A stretch of DNA of 64,000 nt from Minisyncoccota bacterium (lineage in GTDB: Bacteria > Patescibacteriota > Minisyncoccia > 2-02-FULL-40-12 > GWA2-44-9), in the NCBI GenBank assembly GCA_018062285.1, contig JAGOSO010000001.1, forward strand, positions 32,773 through 96,772, in the 5' to 3' direction. The position numbers and the translations under genes are program-made. Shown here piece by piece: positions 26,632-37,039 of the stretch; the stretch's first letter is position 1, and the number at the start of each line of letters is the position of its first letter. Below the pieces are notes generated by a model. It saw only the letters and a program-made list of their open reading frames with translations. It had not been told where the DNA came from and did not search any database.

Positions 26632-27738
26632 TTAACCGTAGCGCCTAATACTCTGCAATGTACCCAACCCAATCAACAAAGACCAGAGACTACTCCCCCC
26701 ATAACTAATAAAGGGGAAAGGAATACCCGTTACAGGCATCAGCCCCAAATCAACGCCCGAGCCAATTACTGCATGAGTGGCAATAATGATAGCTATCCCC
26801 ACAGCGAACAATCTACCAAAATTTGAAGTCGCGCGAGAAGCAATTTTCATTATCCGGGATATTAAAAATACTATTGCCCCCAAAACCGCCCCAATACCAA
26901 CCAAACCAAACTGATCAGCCGTTGATGCAAAAATAAAATCATTGTAAGGCTCCGGCAAAAATCCATTAGTTGTCTGAGGACCCTTCCCCCAACCGCTTCC
27001 AAACAAATGACCAGCTCCGATAGCAATCTTAGATTGAATTAAATTATAACCACTGCCATGCGGGTCGCTGCCGGGATTCAAAAAAGATACCACGCGTACC
27101 TTTTGATAAGGTTTCAAAGCAAAAGACCATCCGACCGTACCCACAATCAACAAAAGCACAGCCAAAACAAAAAGTTGCTTACGATTTAAACCAATGGCCA
27201 CCAACATGCCTATCCAAATAAAAAACATAATTATTGCTGACCCAAGATCGGGCTGAATCAATGTAATACCAATTGGAATCATGCAATAAAGGCCAGATAC
27301 AATAATATGCCTATAGTCGTTAATGTGAATATGGCGCTGGGAAAAATACTTGGCCATGAAGACGACTAGGACCAACTTAACAAACTCGGCTGGTTCAAAA
27401 GTTAATCCTCCGAGAGAAATCCAAGCTCGCACTCCTCGAATTGAAACAAAGAAGAATGGCATCAACAAAAGAATCACAGAAACAACATAGAGAGCAAAAA
27501 CAGCTACTGAATTATTTTTTAAATAACGATAATTAAAAAAAGACAAGATCGCCATCATCAATACTCCAAAAATAACAAAAGCGACCTGCTTCCAAAAATA
27601 AGGATTCTGTGTGCCACCAATACCATATATATCAACCAAGCTAAACAAACACAGCGCCACAACTGTGGCGAAAAGTGGTCGATCAATACCAGAAAAGTAT
27701 TGATTAATAATACTGCTGAAACTTTTCTTGAGTTCCAT
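26632..27738 (-). CDS. SEDS-family peptidoglycan polymerase/lipid II flippase (FtsW/RodA)
   Basis: 368 aa polytopic membrane protein with characteristic segments ...IQPDLGSAII..., ...GSGWGKGPQTTNGFLPEPYNDFIFA... and a C-terminal ...GSSLWSLLIG.... Confidence 0.85.
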   Translation of the reverse strand: MELKKSFSSIINQYFSGIDRPLFATVVALCLFSLVDIYGIGGTQNPYFWKQVAFVIFGVLMMAILSFFNYRYLKNNSVAVFALYVVSVILLLMPFFFVSIRGVRAWISLGGLTFEPAEFVKLVLVVFMAKYFSQRHIHINDYRHIIVSGLYCMIPIGITLIQPDLGSAIIMFFIWIGMLVAIGLNRKQLFVLAVLLLIVGTVGWSFALKPYQKVRVVSFLNPGSDPHGSGYNLIQSKIAIGAGHLFGSGWGKGPQTTNGFLPEPYNDFIFASTADQFGLVGIGAVLGAIVFLISRIMKIASRATSNFGRLFAVGIAIIIATHAVIGSGVDLGLMPVTGIPFPFISYGGSSLWSLLIGLGTLQSIRRYG

Positions 27739-28525
27739 TTCTTTTTATGAAATTAGAATTATTAAATACATTGGTGTTAATTTCTGTTTTTACACGAGAA
27801 CCAGCCGGCAAGACAAATGGCCAAACAACCTTAATGGAACGCTCGGTTTTTGCCAAAAAAGTCTGGAAGTTTGTTCTATTTGTCGCAATAATAGATCCCG
27901 AACTATCGGTCACCACAATGTCGACATCAATCGTATCAAAATCAAAATTGGTATTATTTGTAATTACTGCCTGATAGGTGGTCTGACTGGAATCAAAAGT
28001 GGTTGCCTCTCTTCCCACGTTAAAAGTTATATCTGAGGCTGTAGTAGTTTTTATCCAATCGACACTTTTAATCTGCAGCTGGGCCGAAGAACCATCGGGA
28101 ATATTTTTCAAAGAAGTCTGGACAATATATTTTGTTTGACCGGGAAGAATATAAAAAGATGATGTCTGGCGAGAAATTTCTTTTCCAGAATAATCCAACA
28201 CTACCAAATCATAATCAGTCACATCAGTACCATAATCCACGTTGGGATTATAAACCAAAGCCGCCAAATCATAATCCCCAATTGCTGTTTTAAATAATTG
28301 CACATCTTGAACTTCCAAAGCCTGAATTGGAGAAGAACAAGCGACACCACAAGCCACCGTGCCACAATCCACTCTTTCTTCTTGCCCATTTTTAATCCCA
28401 TCGTTACAGGTTGGTCTATTTTTAAAATACAAATTTCCACCCACAACCAAAACAACTATCAGGATATAAATACTGCCTATAATTAACTGCTTTTGAGTTC
28501 GCGGAAGCATAAAATCATTATACAT
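27704..28525 (-). CDS. hypothetical membrane-anchored protein with Cys-rich extracellular segment (273 aa)
   Basis: N-terminal TM helix IIGSIYILIVVLVVG, then CNDGIKNGQEERVDCGTVACGVACSS. Sits directly upstream of the SEDS gene. It lies immediately after the rRNA terminator, with a possible TATAAT-based leaderless start at M6. Confidence 0.4.
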   Translation of the reverse strand: MYNDFMLPRTQKQLIIGSIYILIVVLVVGGNLYFKNRPTCNDGIKNGQEERVDCGTVACGVACSSPIQALEVQDVQLFKTAIGDYDLAALVYNPNVDYGTDVTDYDLVVLDYSGKEISRQTSSFYILPGQTKYIVQTSLKNIPDGSSAQLQIKSVDWIKTTTASDITFNVGREATTFDSSQTTYQAVITNNTNFDFDTIDVDIVVTDSSGSIIATNRTNFQTFLAKTERSIKVVWPFVLPAGSRVKTEINTNVFNNSNFIKRNGTQEKFQQYY

Positions 28526-28532
28526 TTCTCAC

Positions 28533-28572
28533 AAAAAAACGAAAGGAGCGACCCAAATCGCTCCTTTCGGAG
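28533..28572 (-). terminator. terminator of the 23S-5S rRNA transcription unit (AAAGGAGCGA-tttgg-GTCGCTCCTTTCG TTTTTTT on minus)
   Basis: Strong hairpin plus T7 just downstream of the 5S rRNA. Confidence 0.65.
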
Positions 28573-28588
28573 TAAAACAAAAGCATTA

Positions 28589-28702
28589 GTCTGGCGGCTA
28601 CCTACTTTCGCTGGATGAGTCCAACTATCATGGGCCTTAAGGGATTTCACTTCTGAGTTCGGGATGGGATCAGGTGGGACACCCTTAGCATAGCCACCAA
28701 GC
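28589..28702 (-). rRNA. rrf: 5S ribosomal RNA
   Basis: Minus-strand sequence GCUUGGUGGCUAUGC...GUCCCACCUGAUCCCAUCCCGAACUCAGAAGUGAAAUCCC...GCCGCCAGAC matches the conserved 5S core (CCGAACUCAGAAGUGAAA) and helix I. Confidence 0.9.
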
Positions 28703-28796
28703 TAATGCTTTTGTTTCTGGCTGAATTATATTAGTTAGAAGGAGAAAGGTCTATTGTTGCATTGAGTCATGTTGAAAGAAAAATTCAATCAAACGA

Positions 28797-31700
28797 TTAC
28801 TCAAAATTATGACTGTTTAGTAGCTCTTGGCTGAGCACCTCGCGGTGCGTACACCTAAGCCCTATCAACCTCGTAATCTACAAGGAGTCTAAGAAATCTA
28901 ATCTTGGGGCCCGTTTCGTACTTATATGCTTTCAGTACTTATCGGCACCGAACATAGCTACCCAGCGCTGCTCTTGGCAGAACAGCTGGCAGACCAGAGG
29001 TTCGTTCATCTCGGTCCTCTCGTACTAGAGACAACCCCCCTCAAATTTCAACGCCCGCACCAGATATGGACCAACCTGTCTCACGACGGTTTGAACCCAG
29101 CTCGCGTACCCTTTTAATTGGCGAACAGCCAAACCCTTGGGGCCTTCTTCAGTCCCAGGATAGGGCGAGCCGACATCGAGGTGCCGAACACTGCCGTCGC
29201 TGTGAACGCTCGGGCAGTACTAGCCTGTTATCCCCGGAGTAGCTTTTATTTGTTGATCTTCGCCCCTCCTACGAGGTAGCGTCGGTTCACTAAGTTCTGC
29301 TTTCGCATCTGCGCGACACATCCGTCTTGCAGTTAAGCTGGCTTTTGCCTTTACGCTATCGTTCCGATGTCCATCCGGAACTAGCCAACCTTGATAAACG
29401 CCTCCATTACTCTTTAGGAGGCAAGTGCCCCACTTAAACTGCCTGCCAGGCACTGTCTCGATAACACCCTAACAAGGTGTAACAAATAAAAATCTAAAAT
29501 CACTCCAACTAAATTAGTACAATAATGCACTATTTAGTATTACCAGAGTTCACTTTAGCTTTTTATGTTTCACCCTCTTAGGGTGCTACCGGTTAGAGCT
29601 ACAAATCGTTAAAATGGGTGTTTCATTGGCGGATCCATCGGGCCCGAGAGCACGACTTCAAATCCTCCCCACTACGCTACGTATAACAACTCGTAGACCA
29701 ATACCAAGCTGCAGTGAAGCTTCCGGGGTCTTTCCGTCTAGGTGCGGGTAGTCGGCATCTTTACCGACATTGCATTTTCACCGAGCTATTGGCTGAGACA
29801 GTCCCCCAGTCGTTCCGCTATTCATGCGCGTGGGAACTTACCCCACAAGGTATTTCGCTACTTTTAGACAGTTATAGTTACTGCCGTCGTTCACCGGCGC
29901 TTCGGGCCTCCCCAGTACATCTTGCGACATACCAGTTCAACCGTTAACGTTCCGGCACCGGACAAGCGTCACCCCGTATACATCGCCTTGCGGCTTAGCA
30001 CGGAGTTGTGTTTTTGATAAACAGTCGCCAGGGGTTCTTTCGCTGCGGCCCCCATCATCTTGCGATGAAAAGGGCAGGCCTTATACCGAAGGTACGGCCG
30101 CTTTTTTGCCGAGTTCCTTAGCCAATAATCACTCGTTCGCCTTAGTACACTGATACTAGTCCACCTGTGTCGGTTTTGCGGTACGTTTCCAATGTTGATA
30201 ATCTTAGAAGTTTTTCTTGGAAGCGTGCTCAGTTGAATTTCGTCTTGCGACAATTCGTAAGGCGCTCGGATGTGTCTTGCGACTGGACGTGGATTTTCCT
30301 GCGTCCCACCCTCACGCTATACCCGTTAAATCCGATTATACGGTCAACCTACAACTCTCCGTCACTCCTTCGATCAACACTGGAGGGCCAGAATATTAAC
30401 TGGCTGTCCATTATGATCGGTGGCCCTAAAGCCACCTTACACTTAGGCACGCCTAACCCTCCGATGATTGCCATCGCGGAGGAAACCTTGGACTTACGGC
30501 GGTGATGGTTTTCACATCACATGCGGTTACTCATCCCAACATTCTCCCTTCTCAACGCTCCAGCAAACTTCACAGTTCACCTTCACAGCAGTTGAGAATG
30601 CTCCCCTACCACTCGTACAAGTAAATGTACGAATCCACAATTTCGGTATTATGCTTAGCCCCTATACATTTTCGGCGCACATTGCCTCTCCGTCTTGCGA
30701 CGGAATCGAGTAGTGAGCTATTACGCACTCTTTAAAGGATGGCTGCTTCTAAGCCAACCTCCTACCTGTCTAAGGCAACGAACTTCCTTTTCACTTAGCA
30801 TAAATTTTGGGACCTTAATTTGTGATCTGGGCTGTTTCCCTTGCGTACACGAAGCTTAGCCCTCGCGTACTCACTGGCATAGATTTCATGAAGGTATTCG
30901 GAGTTTATTTGGTAGGCCTACCATTGCTGGCACGGCTAACCAATTAGTGCTCTACCCCCTTCATTACTCCATACCGCTGTCCCTAAAGACATTTCGGGGA
31001 GAACCAGCTATTACCAAGCTCGATAAGCTTTTCACTTCTAACCACAAGTCATCCGATGACATTGAGCGATCAAACGGTTCGGGCCTCCACTTATCTTTCG
31101 ATAAGCTTCACCCTGCTCATGGTTAGCTCGCCTGGCTTCGGGTCTTACCTATACCGCATAAAGACATTTCACCTATAAGCCCTAAAGCTTGTAGGTGAAA
31201 GTTCTTAAACGCGCTATTAACACTCGGTTTCCCTGTCCATACGTCCCAGTGGAACTTATAGTGCGGTGTAAGTAAACTCGTCGGGTCATTCTTCAATAGG
31301 CACACCGTTACCCGACGTCTTGCGACGGCAGGCTCCGGCTCTTTGTAGGCACACGGTTTCAGTTTCTATTTCACTCCCCTCGCCGGGGTTCTTTTCGCCT
31401 TTCCCTCACGGTACTGGTTCACTATCGATCACGAATAGTATTTAGCCTTATCCAGTAGTATGGACAAATTCACCCCGGACATTCTTATCCTGGGCTACTC
31501 AGGTAACAATACAGAAGTTCGTTTGGTTTCGGATACAGGACTGTCACCTGCTATGGTCGGCTGTTCCAAGGCCGTTCTCCTACCGCACGAATTTTTAACT
31601 TCTTATGAAGTTTTAACTCCACGCACGATGTGTCTGCGCGAAGTTAAAATTTCAAGTGTACTATCCCTATTACCCCACCCTCATTTTAGTAAACTAATTT

Positions 31701-31982
31701 GAAAATGGTTTAGGCTGTGCCGCTTTCGCTCGCCGCTACTCACGGTATCTAATTCTATTTATTTTCCTTTGGGTACTGAGATGTTTCACTTCCCCAAGTA
31801 TGCTTCCTGCTTGCGCAGAATAATCATGGTTCACATGATTGGGTTGCCCCATTCGGACATCTCCGGGTCATAGCTTGCTCGACAGCTCACCGAAGCTTTT
31901 CGCAGTCACGCAACGTCCTTCATAGCCTATTCGTGTCAAGGCATCCTCCGTGCGCCCTTTAATGTGGTCATTTTGCTTGACC
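28797..31982 (-). rRNA. rrl: 23S ribosomal RNA (about 3.2 kb; includes an AT-rich roughly 110-nt expansion segment near 29465-29580)
   Basis: The 5-prime end GGUCAAGCAAAAUGACCACAUUAAAGGGCGCACGGAGGAUGCCUUGAC is at about 31982. Domain V sequences are present (GGAUAACAGGCUAGUACUGCCCGAGCGUUCACAGCGACGGCAGUGUUCGGCACCUCGAUGUCGGCUC). The 3-prime helix-1 partner is near 28797-28815. End coordinates are approximate to about 15 nt. Confidence 0.85.
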
Positions 31983-32287
31983 TTTGAGTAATCGCTTGAT
32001 TGATGTTTCCTTTATCTTCCAAAGTTCTAAGGAAATAAAACTTGGAAGAACTAACTAACTTAATGCAATATCTTTTAGATACTTTCTTACCCTCTAACTA
32101 ATATAATTTTTAAGTTGCATTCCATTAGCAGCCAGCGAAGAGTTTCCTTGAAACCTATCGTCGAACGCCAATCTATTTTTTAAAAAAATTACCGCTTTCT
32201 AGCGGCAGACCTAAGCGCATCAATATGCTAGGTTTTTAGCCGCGTTTACCTCTTAGTTGTAACGTAGTTAACATAGAATATTTCAGT

Positions 32288-32320
32288 AATGTTAGTATAG
32301 CAAACTAGCCCTCATAGAGT
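32288..32320 (-). promoter_or_regulatory. candidate promoter of the 23S-5S unit (TTGACT-N18-TATACT)
   Basis: Minus-strand sequence ggctaTTGACTctatgagggctagtttgcTATACTaac, about 320 nt upstream of the mature 23S 5-prime end. There is no 16S rRNA or tRNA between the promoter and the 23S. Confidence 0.4.
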
Positions 32321-32329
32321 CAATAGCCC

Positions 32330-33499
32330 CTAGGGGGCTGGGTCAAAAGCCTCTAAGGAATGGGCTAATTTGTCCACTTCTTCCCAACCAGCCTTAGAAT
32401 CAAAGTTGTATCTCGCAGGCAAAGCAATTACATATTTTGAATTCTGCCCCAAAATACTTGGCGGGATTGGTGCTGCCCCAACCGATATGTTGTCATCGGA
32501 AACTTTGTCATTAGTTACTCTTCTCCATTCATCCAATGTAAAAATCATTACTGGCAAATCTTCCCTCATGCTAGATGTCGCCCACTGAGGATGACGGAGT
32601 ATTATCTTCGGACCACGAATCGTCTTATTGTTATCATTCAAATATGCACCCTCCCACTGACTATTTAAAACCGTGTATCCCTTCCAAGCACTGGTTAATG
32701 GAATTGAAAATCCATACTGATTATTTTTATAGATAATAGAACTCGCTGAATCTTTTGATTTAAATGTGGTCAACATCTGATCAAAAATTTTGTCTTCTTG
32801 CTCAGGAGTCATAACACCTGGCAAAGCTAATATTTTTTTATAGTCCGTAATCAATGGTGTTCTCTCGGGATTGAAAGGTCTCTTGATGACAAGGGTGTGA
32901 TTAGCATCTATTGAAAAATAATATGTGTCGACACCACAGCCTTCTGCCCCCATCCTGAATCTGTAGCCACTCAAACCACCAGATGAATATGTATCGACGA
33001 AACCAGGCGACAATTTAAACTGACCATTTTCAAAAATATCTTTGGGGTAAAAATAATCTTTGGCCACACTTGAGCCCATGTCTCCATTAAACATTTTCCA
33101 TGCAGAATTAAAATCAACCACTTGAGTTAATGGCTGACTATCCCCTTTCATGTCGCAAGTATCTGAGTGTTGATATGGAACACCATGAGTAATTCTCGCA
33201 CCATCAACATTCTCCTGAATCAAAAAATTATTAGGATACTTAAACTCAAACCCATACTGTGTATTCACATACGTCTTCCAGCCTGCCGTCTCATCAGCCC
33301 CTAATGTTGGTGTTGGAGTTGCCACAACTACCGTTTGTTGTTTCTGCCAATACCAGATACCGACATAGGCACCAGCGCCGAGTAAAATTAAAATGCCTAA
33401 AGTGATGGCAAACTTTTTATTTAGGAAATGACGATGAGGATTAGAGTAAGTTGCAAGTGGGACTAAGGGCTGTTCTGCTTGAGGGGTTATTGGGTCCAT
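32330..33499 (-). CDS. N-terminally membrane-anchored secreted protein with repeated WKTYxNxxYGFEFKYP-motif domains (389 aa)
   Basis: Tandem paralog of 33487..34533. Shared N-terminus HRHFLNKKFAITLGILILLGAGAYVGIWYWQKQQ, a Pro/Thr linker, and repeats GWKTYVNTQYGFEFKYPNNF plus a degenerate second copy. Confidence 0.5.
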   Translation of the reverse strand: MDPITPQAEQPLVPLATYSNPHRHFLNKKFAITLGILILLGAGAYVGIWYWQKQQTVVVATPTPTLGADETAGWKTYVNTQYGFEFKYPNNFLIQENVDGARITHGVPYQHSDTCDMKGDSQPLTQVVDFNSAWKMFNGDMGSSVAKDYFYPKDIFENGQFKLSPGFVDTYSSGGLSGYRFRMGAEGCGVDTYYFSIDANHTLVIKRPFNPERTPLITDYKKILALPGVMTPEQEDKIFDQMLTTFKSKDSASSIIYKNNQYGFSIPLTSAWKGYTVLNSQWEGAYLNDNNKTIRGPKIILRHPQWATSSMREDLPVMIFTLDEWRRVTNDKVSDDNISVGAAPIPPSILGQNSKYVIALPARYNFDSKAGWEEVDKLAHSLEAFDPAP

Positions 33500-34533
33500 G
33501 GTTTTATTACTCTAAAGGTTGAAAGTATTTGGTGAGAGACATCATTATCAATAAAGTCAAAGATGGCTAAAGGCATCTTTGAGTCACGGGAAAGAATTGC
33601 AGTCTTCCCAGGGTAAAGCCAATCCGGACCAGTAAGACACTGATCGACTGCGAAACTAGCAAACCTAGAGACAACACAATTAGTGAAATTTTCCCTGGGC
33701 TGTTCTTTGCCTGAGGTATCTATCAACATGGTTGGCGGATCTCCTGCGACAACGCTGGTATCTACCAAAACAAAGCTTGCGTCACCCTGAGAACCAACCC
33801 AATTGGCAGGATATTTAAACTCAAACCCATACCTTGTATTTTTGTATGTTTTCCAATTTGAGGTCTCGATAGAATCAGTGAATTTAAATGTAGAGATAAT
33901 TTTTTCTATGACGGACAATTGTTCTTGTCTACAAGTTTCAAAAACAACAGCTGACTTGTTGTGCGCAATCTCAAAAACATAATCACCACAAAGATTTTGA
34001 ACGGCCTGATAAGATGTAACCTCTAAACCACCTACCACAGACTTCTTTACGCCAACAAAAAGATCTTTCGCCTTTACGGGAACATTGCCCATGCTATTAA
34101 TGCTATTAATCTTTTCTTCGACAGTTGCACTAAGCGGAATGAGTCTCACGTCATAGTATGGACCAGGCATTGATTCCATTGACGATACTGTACTTGGGGA
34201 TTGAAAATCGACAACTCCATCGTCTGTAAGGGATGGAGACGGAACCCAATCTGAAGGGTACTTAAACTCAAAACCATATTCTGTACTGGTATATGTTTTC
34301 CAATTCACTGTTTCACCTGTCTTAGGTGTCGGTGTTGGGGCCACCACCGCAACTTGCTGTTTTTGCCAATACCAAATACCAGCATACGCGCCAGTAGCCA
34401 ACAAAATCAAAACACCAAAAGTGATTGCAAATTTTTTGTTTAGGAAATGACGATGAGGCTCGGGCACAAAGGGGGACGGGACTGGAGTATTTTGTTTAGC
34501 AGAAGTTCCTGGAGCAAATGAAGTATAATCCAT
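33487..34533 (-). CDS. N-terminally membrane-anchored secreted protein with two WKTYxNxxYGFEFKYP-motif domains (348 aa)
   Basis: HRHFLNKKFAITFGVLILLATGAYAGIWYWQKQQ, then PTPTPK linker, then NWKTYTSTEYGFEFKYPSDW and NWKTYKNTRYGFEFKYPANW. Confidence 0.5.
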   Translation of the reverse strand: MDYTSFAPGTSAKQNTPVPSPFVPEPHRHFLNKKFAITFGVLILLATGAYAGIWYWQKQQVAVVAPTPTPKTGETVNWKTYTSTEYGFEFKYPSDWVPSPSLTDDGVVDFQSPSTVSSMESMPGPYYDVRLIPLSATVEEKINSINSMGNVPVKAKDLFVGVKKSVVGGLEVTSYQAVQNLCGDYVFEIAHNKSAVVFETCRQEQLSVIEKIISTFKFTDSIETSNWKTYKNTRYGFEFKYPANWVGSQGDASFVLVDTSVVAGDPPTMLIDTSGKEQPRENFTNCVVSRFASFAVDQCLTGPDWLYPGKTAILSRDSKMPLAIFDFIDNDVSHQILSTFRVIKPWTQ

Positions 34534-34678
34534 TATGGTTCTAGTTGGTCTCGTAAAAGTTGCCTAGGGTCGCGCTGAGAGAGCGAGCAGGACTTTACGC
34601 AAGACAAGTTTTATTAATTATCCCACTTAACTAAAAGGTCCGCCAGTGGCGGACCTTTTAGTTATAAACTTTTACTGT

Positions 34679-36925
34679 TTAGGCGAGTCGGATAAGTCCG
34701 AGAACTTTTCGGCGACCAGCATACAAGGCAGACGACAACAATCCACCAAATCCAGCTAAGGCAAAAGCATCAGCAGGTCCAGTTTTCACATGCAAGGCAT
34801 TAGCTAAAACTTGATTGCCGATTGTAATGTAAACTGGATTTGAAGTTATGGAGCCAGTGTTATCAGCACGGGTTGTTGCAGTATTAACCAACTGTTGATT
34901 AAGTGAAACACCTGCATTGATGGTGGCATAGAATTTCATCTCGGCCTTTTGGCCTGAAGACAAACTTCCGATATTTAAGCCACCAGAAACAATACCATCA
35001 GTCGTAACAATATTATTTAATGTTGTACTGTGAGCAGTGTAAGTCATCCCAGCAGGCAAAACATCGGTAACAACAACATTATTTAAGTTTGTGTTGTAAG
35101 GGGCAACGACAGTAATAGTGAATTCGATACCATCACCTGCATGTGCTCCAAAAGATGTACTCTCGACATTATTACCAGCAGAAATATTACGGCCAGTCTT
35201 TTGAATTGTTAGAGCGTTTGAAACTACGTTAGCGAGCGTGACTGAAGCAGTGTCAGTTACCGTTGTCGCATTACTTGCATAAGCCGAGGCGCTATTAGTA
35301 AGGGTAGCGTAACCATAGTTATACTGGTTGTATCCCTGACCAACCGTAGCTCTAAAACGAAGTGTAACAGAGCGAGTTGGGTAGAATGTACCAAGACTTA
35401 AGCCACCAGAAGTTAATCCGTCAGCCACATAAGAATAGTCATTAGTGGTACTACCTGAGACATATCCCAAACCATAAGGAAGGGTGTCCGTGACTCTAAC
35501 GCTGTTTGCATTCTCGTAACTAGCATTGGAGACGCGGAGAATAAATTCTACGGTATCACCAACTTTCGCATTAACTGATTTTGACTCACTTGAATTCGAT
35601 GTAATATTTCTGACGGTCTTTGTAATATTTAGGGTCGAAGTTAGATCCGTAACAATACATGGGCCAGTTACATAAACAACTGTGTTTGCGGAAGCGTAAC
35701 CACTTGGATAGCCATAGGCGGTAGCAGTATAAGTTGTGGTCTGAGAAGGGGTCACAGTCCTGCTTCCACTTAGAGCCACGTTACCCAATGAGCTTACAGA
35801 AACCTGAGAAGCATTCTGGGAAGACCATGCCAAAGTGGCTGACTGGCCAATACAGACTGAAGCTGGGCTGGCTGAAATAGAAACTGTCGGAGTTGGTGTT
35901 GGTGTTGGTGTTGGTGTTGGAGTTGGAGTTGGAGTTGGGGTTGGAGTTGGTGTCGGAGTTGGAGTTGGTGTCGGAGTTGGAGTTGGTGTCGGAGTTGGAG
36001 TTGGTGTCGGAGTTGGAGTTGGTGTCGGAGTTGGAGTTGGTGTCGGAGTTGGAGTTGGTGTCGGAACAAAACCACACAATTCACCGCCACCGTACTTAAC
36101 ATCAAATACTCTTCGGCCAGCAGAAGCATAATCTGGAGGAGTTAATGGGTAACCTTCAATCAAATCAACTTGATAGCGACAAGCTGGAACACCAACAACT
36201 AATACATTCGTATCTATAGTTTGATGAGGGTTTAAAGTTACGGTTTTAGAATCAAACAATGTTTGGGTAGAAATCCAATCAGATCCAAGACTAAACATTT
36301 TGTAAGAAACTAAACTAACAGTATAAGTACAATTAGAAGTATTAGTGATGCGTCCAGTTGCAGTTGTAGAACCAGCTGAGACAACAGAGCCAACAACATT
36401 ATCAATAACCGATCCGGTACAAGTTGGAGGAGGAGTTGGGGTTGGAGAATATGTTGGGGTTGGGGTTGGAGTTGGAGTCGGTGTTGGAGAATAAGTTGGG
36501 GTTGGGGTTGGGGTTGGGGTTGGAACACCACAAGCATTACTACGAACAGTTCGAGAATCCAAAACAGTAGAATCACTTGAAACAACCAAGCGATACTGAC
36601 AATCAGGAACGTTGATGTGTAATTCTAAGCTTTCAAAAGGACCAACAACAGTAGAAGCAGAATCGTAATGGGAATTGTTTGATGTGAGATAGTCATCCAT
36701 TGCCACATTAAAAGAACAAGCCGAGTTGTTAATAATTATACCCAAAGCGCCACCACCAAATTCACCAGTGGAAACGATTGATGCGGTCAAGGCTGACTGG
36801 GGGCCCCCACAATCCTCCGTACTAGCCTTAGATAACTTCATTACTGAAAAAGTAACAGTAACAGCTAGAGCAACAACTAAAGTTGCCTTAGTAATTCTGT
36901 TCATATTTGTGTTGTTCATATTCAT
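34679..36925 (-). CDS. large secreted cell-surface protein with (TP)n linkers and C-terminal sortase-type sorting signal
   Basis: Signal peptide [36 protein letters not shown] (start taken at M23 of the track ORF 34679..36991). Contains a roughly 40x TP repeat and DUF11-like repeat domains. C-terminus [28 protein letters not shown] has a xKTGP motif, a hydrophobic helix and a basic tail. The sortase gene is adjacent. Confidence 0.6.
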   Translation of the reverse strand: MNMNNTNMNRITKATLVVALAVTVTFSVMKLSKASTEDCGGPQSALTASIVSTGEFGGGALGIIINNSACSFNVAMDDYLTSNNSHYDSASTVVGPFESLELHINVPDCQYRLVVSSDSTVLDSRTVRSNACGVPTPTPTPTPTYSPTPTPTPTPTPTYSPTPTPPPTCTGSVIDNVVGSVVSAGSTTATGRITNTSNCTYTVSLVSYKMFSLGSDWISTQTLFDSKTVTLNPHQTIDTNVLVVGVPACRYQVDLIEGYPLTPPDYASAGRRVFDVKYGGGELCGFVPTPTPTPTPTPTPTPTPTPTPTPTPTPTPTPTPTPTPTPTPTPTPTPTPTPTPTPTPTPTVSISASPASVCIGQSATLAWSSQNASQVSVSSLGNVALSGSRTVTPSQTTTYTATAYGYPSGYASANTVVYVTGPCIVTDLTSTLNITKTVRNITSNSSESKSVNAKVGDTVEFILRVSNASYENANSVRVTDTLPYGLGYVSGSTTNDYSYVADGLTSGGLSLGTFYPTRSVTLRFRATVGQGYNQYNYGYATLTNSASAYASNATTVTDTASVTLANVVSNALTIQKTGRNISAGNNVESTSFGAHAGDGIEFTITVVAPYNTNLNNVVVTDVLPAGMTYTAHSTTLNNIVTTDGIVSGGLNIGSLSSGQKAEMKFYATINAGVSLNQQLVNTATTRADNTGSITSNPVYITIGNQVLANALHVKTGPADAFALAGFGGLLSSALYAGRRKVLGLIRLA
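35880..36075. repeat. tandem nucleotide repeat (period 6/18, GGTGTCGGAGTTGGAGTT...) encoding the (TP)n linker
   Basis: Direct inspection shows about 30 consecutive GTTGGNGT(T/C)GGA units. They are in-frame inside the surface-protein CDS, and the out-of-frame track ORFs there are artefacts. Confidence 0.85.
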
Positions 36926-37039
36926 ATTTTTTGTTTTAAAACCCCTTATTTTTATTGATTTTATTGACTGTTTGCGACTAATATAGCCCATTCGATACAG
37001 GATAATAATAACATAACAGGCCTTATTCTGTCAAGCCCC

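Noticed and set aside
29465-29580. AT-rich insertion in 23S considered as a group I/II intron or homing-endonuclease insertion.
   Set aside because: It is only about 110 nt with no ORF. It aligns as an expansion of a variable helix rather than an intron with conserved cores.
28926-31702. Track ORFs inside the rRNA region (28926-29117, 29220-29453, 29714-29947, 29969-30253, 30167-30505, 30468-30713, 31123-31305, 31460-31702).
   Set aside because: The region is 23S rRNA on the minus strand, so these are not protein-coding.
31983-32330. Expected 16S rRNA or spacer tRNAs upstream of the 23S.
   Set aside because: The sequence there is AT-rich leader plus a promoter and shows no 16S or tRNA signatures. 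The rRNA unit is 23S-5S only.
35781-36131. Highly regular short tandem repeats that could be taken for a CRISPR-like or non-coding microsatellite array; several overlapping track ORFs (35781-36077, 35794-36129, 35835-36131, 35893-36099).
   Set aside because: The repeat unit is 6/18 nt with no unique spacers. It lies in-frame inside the large surface-protein CDS and encodes a (TP)n linker. The alternative-frame ORFs are artefacts of the repeat.
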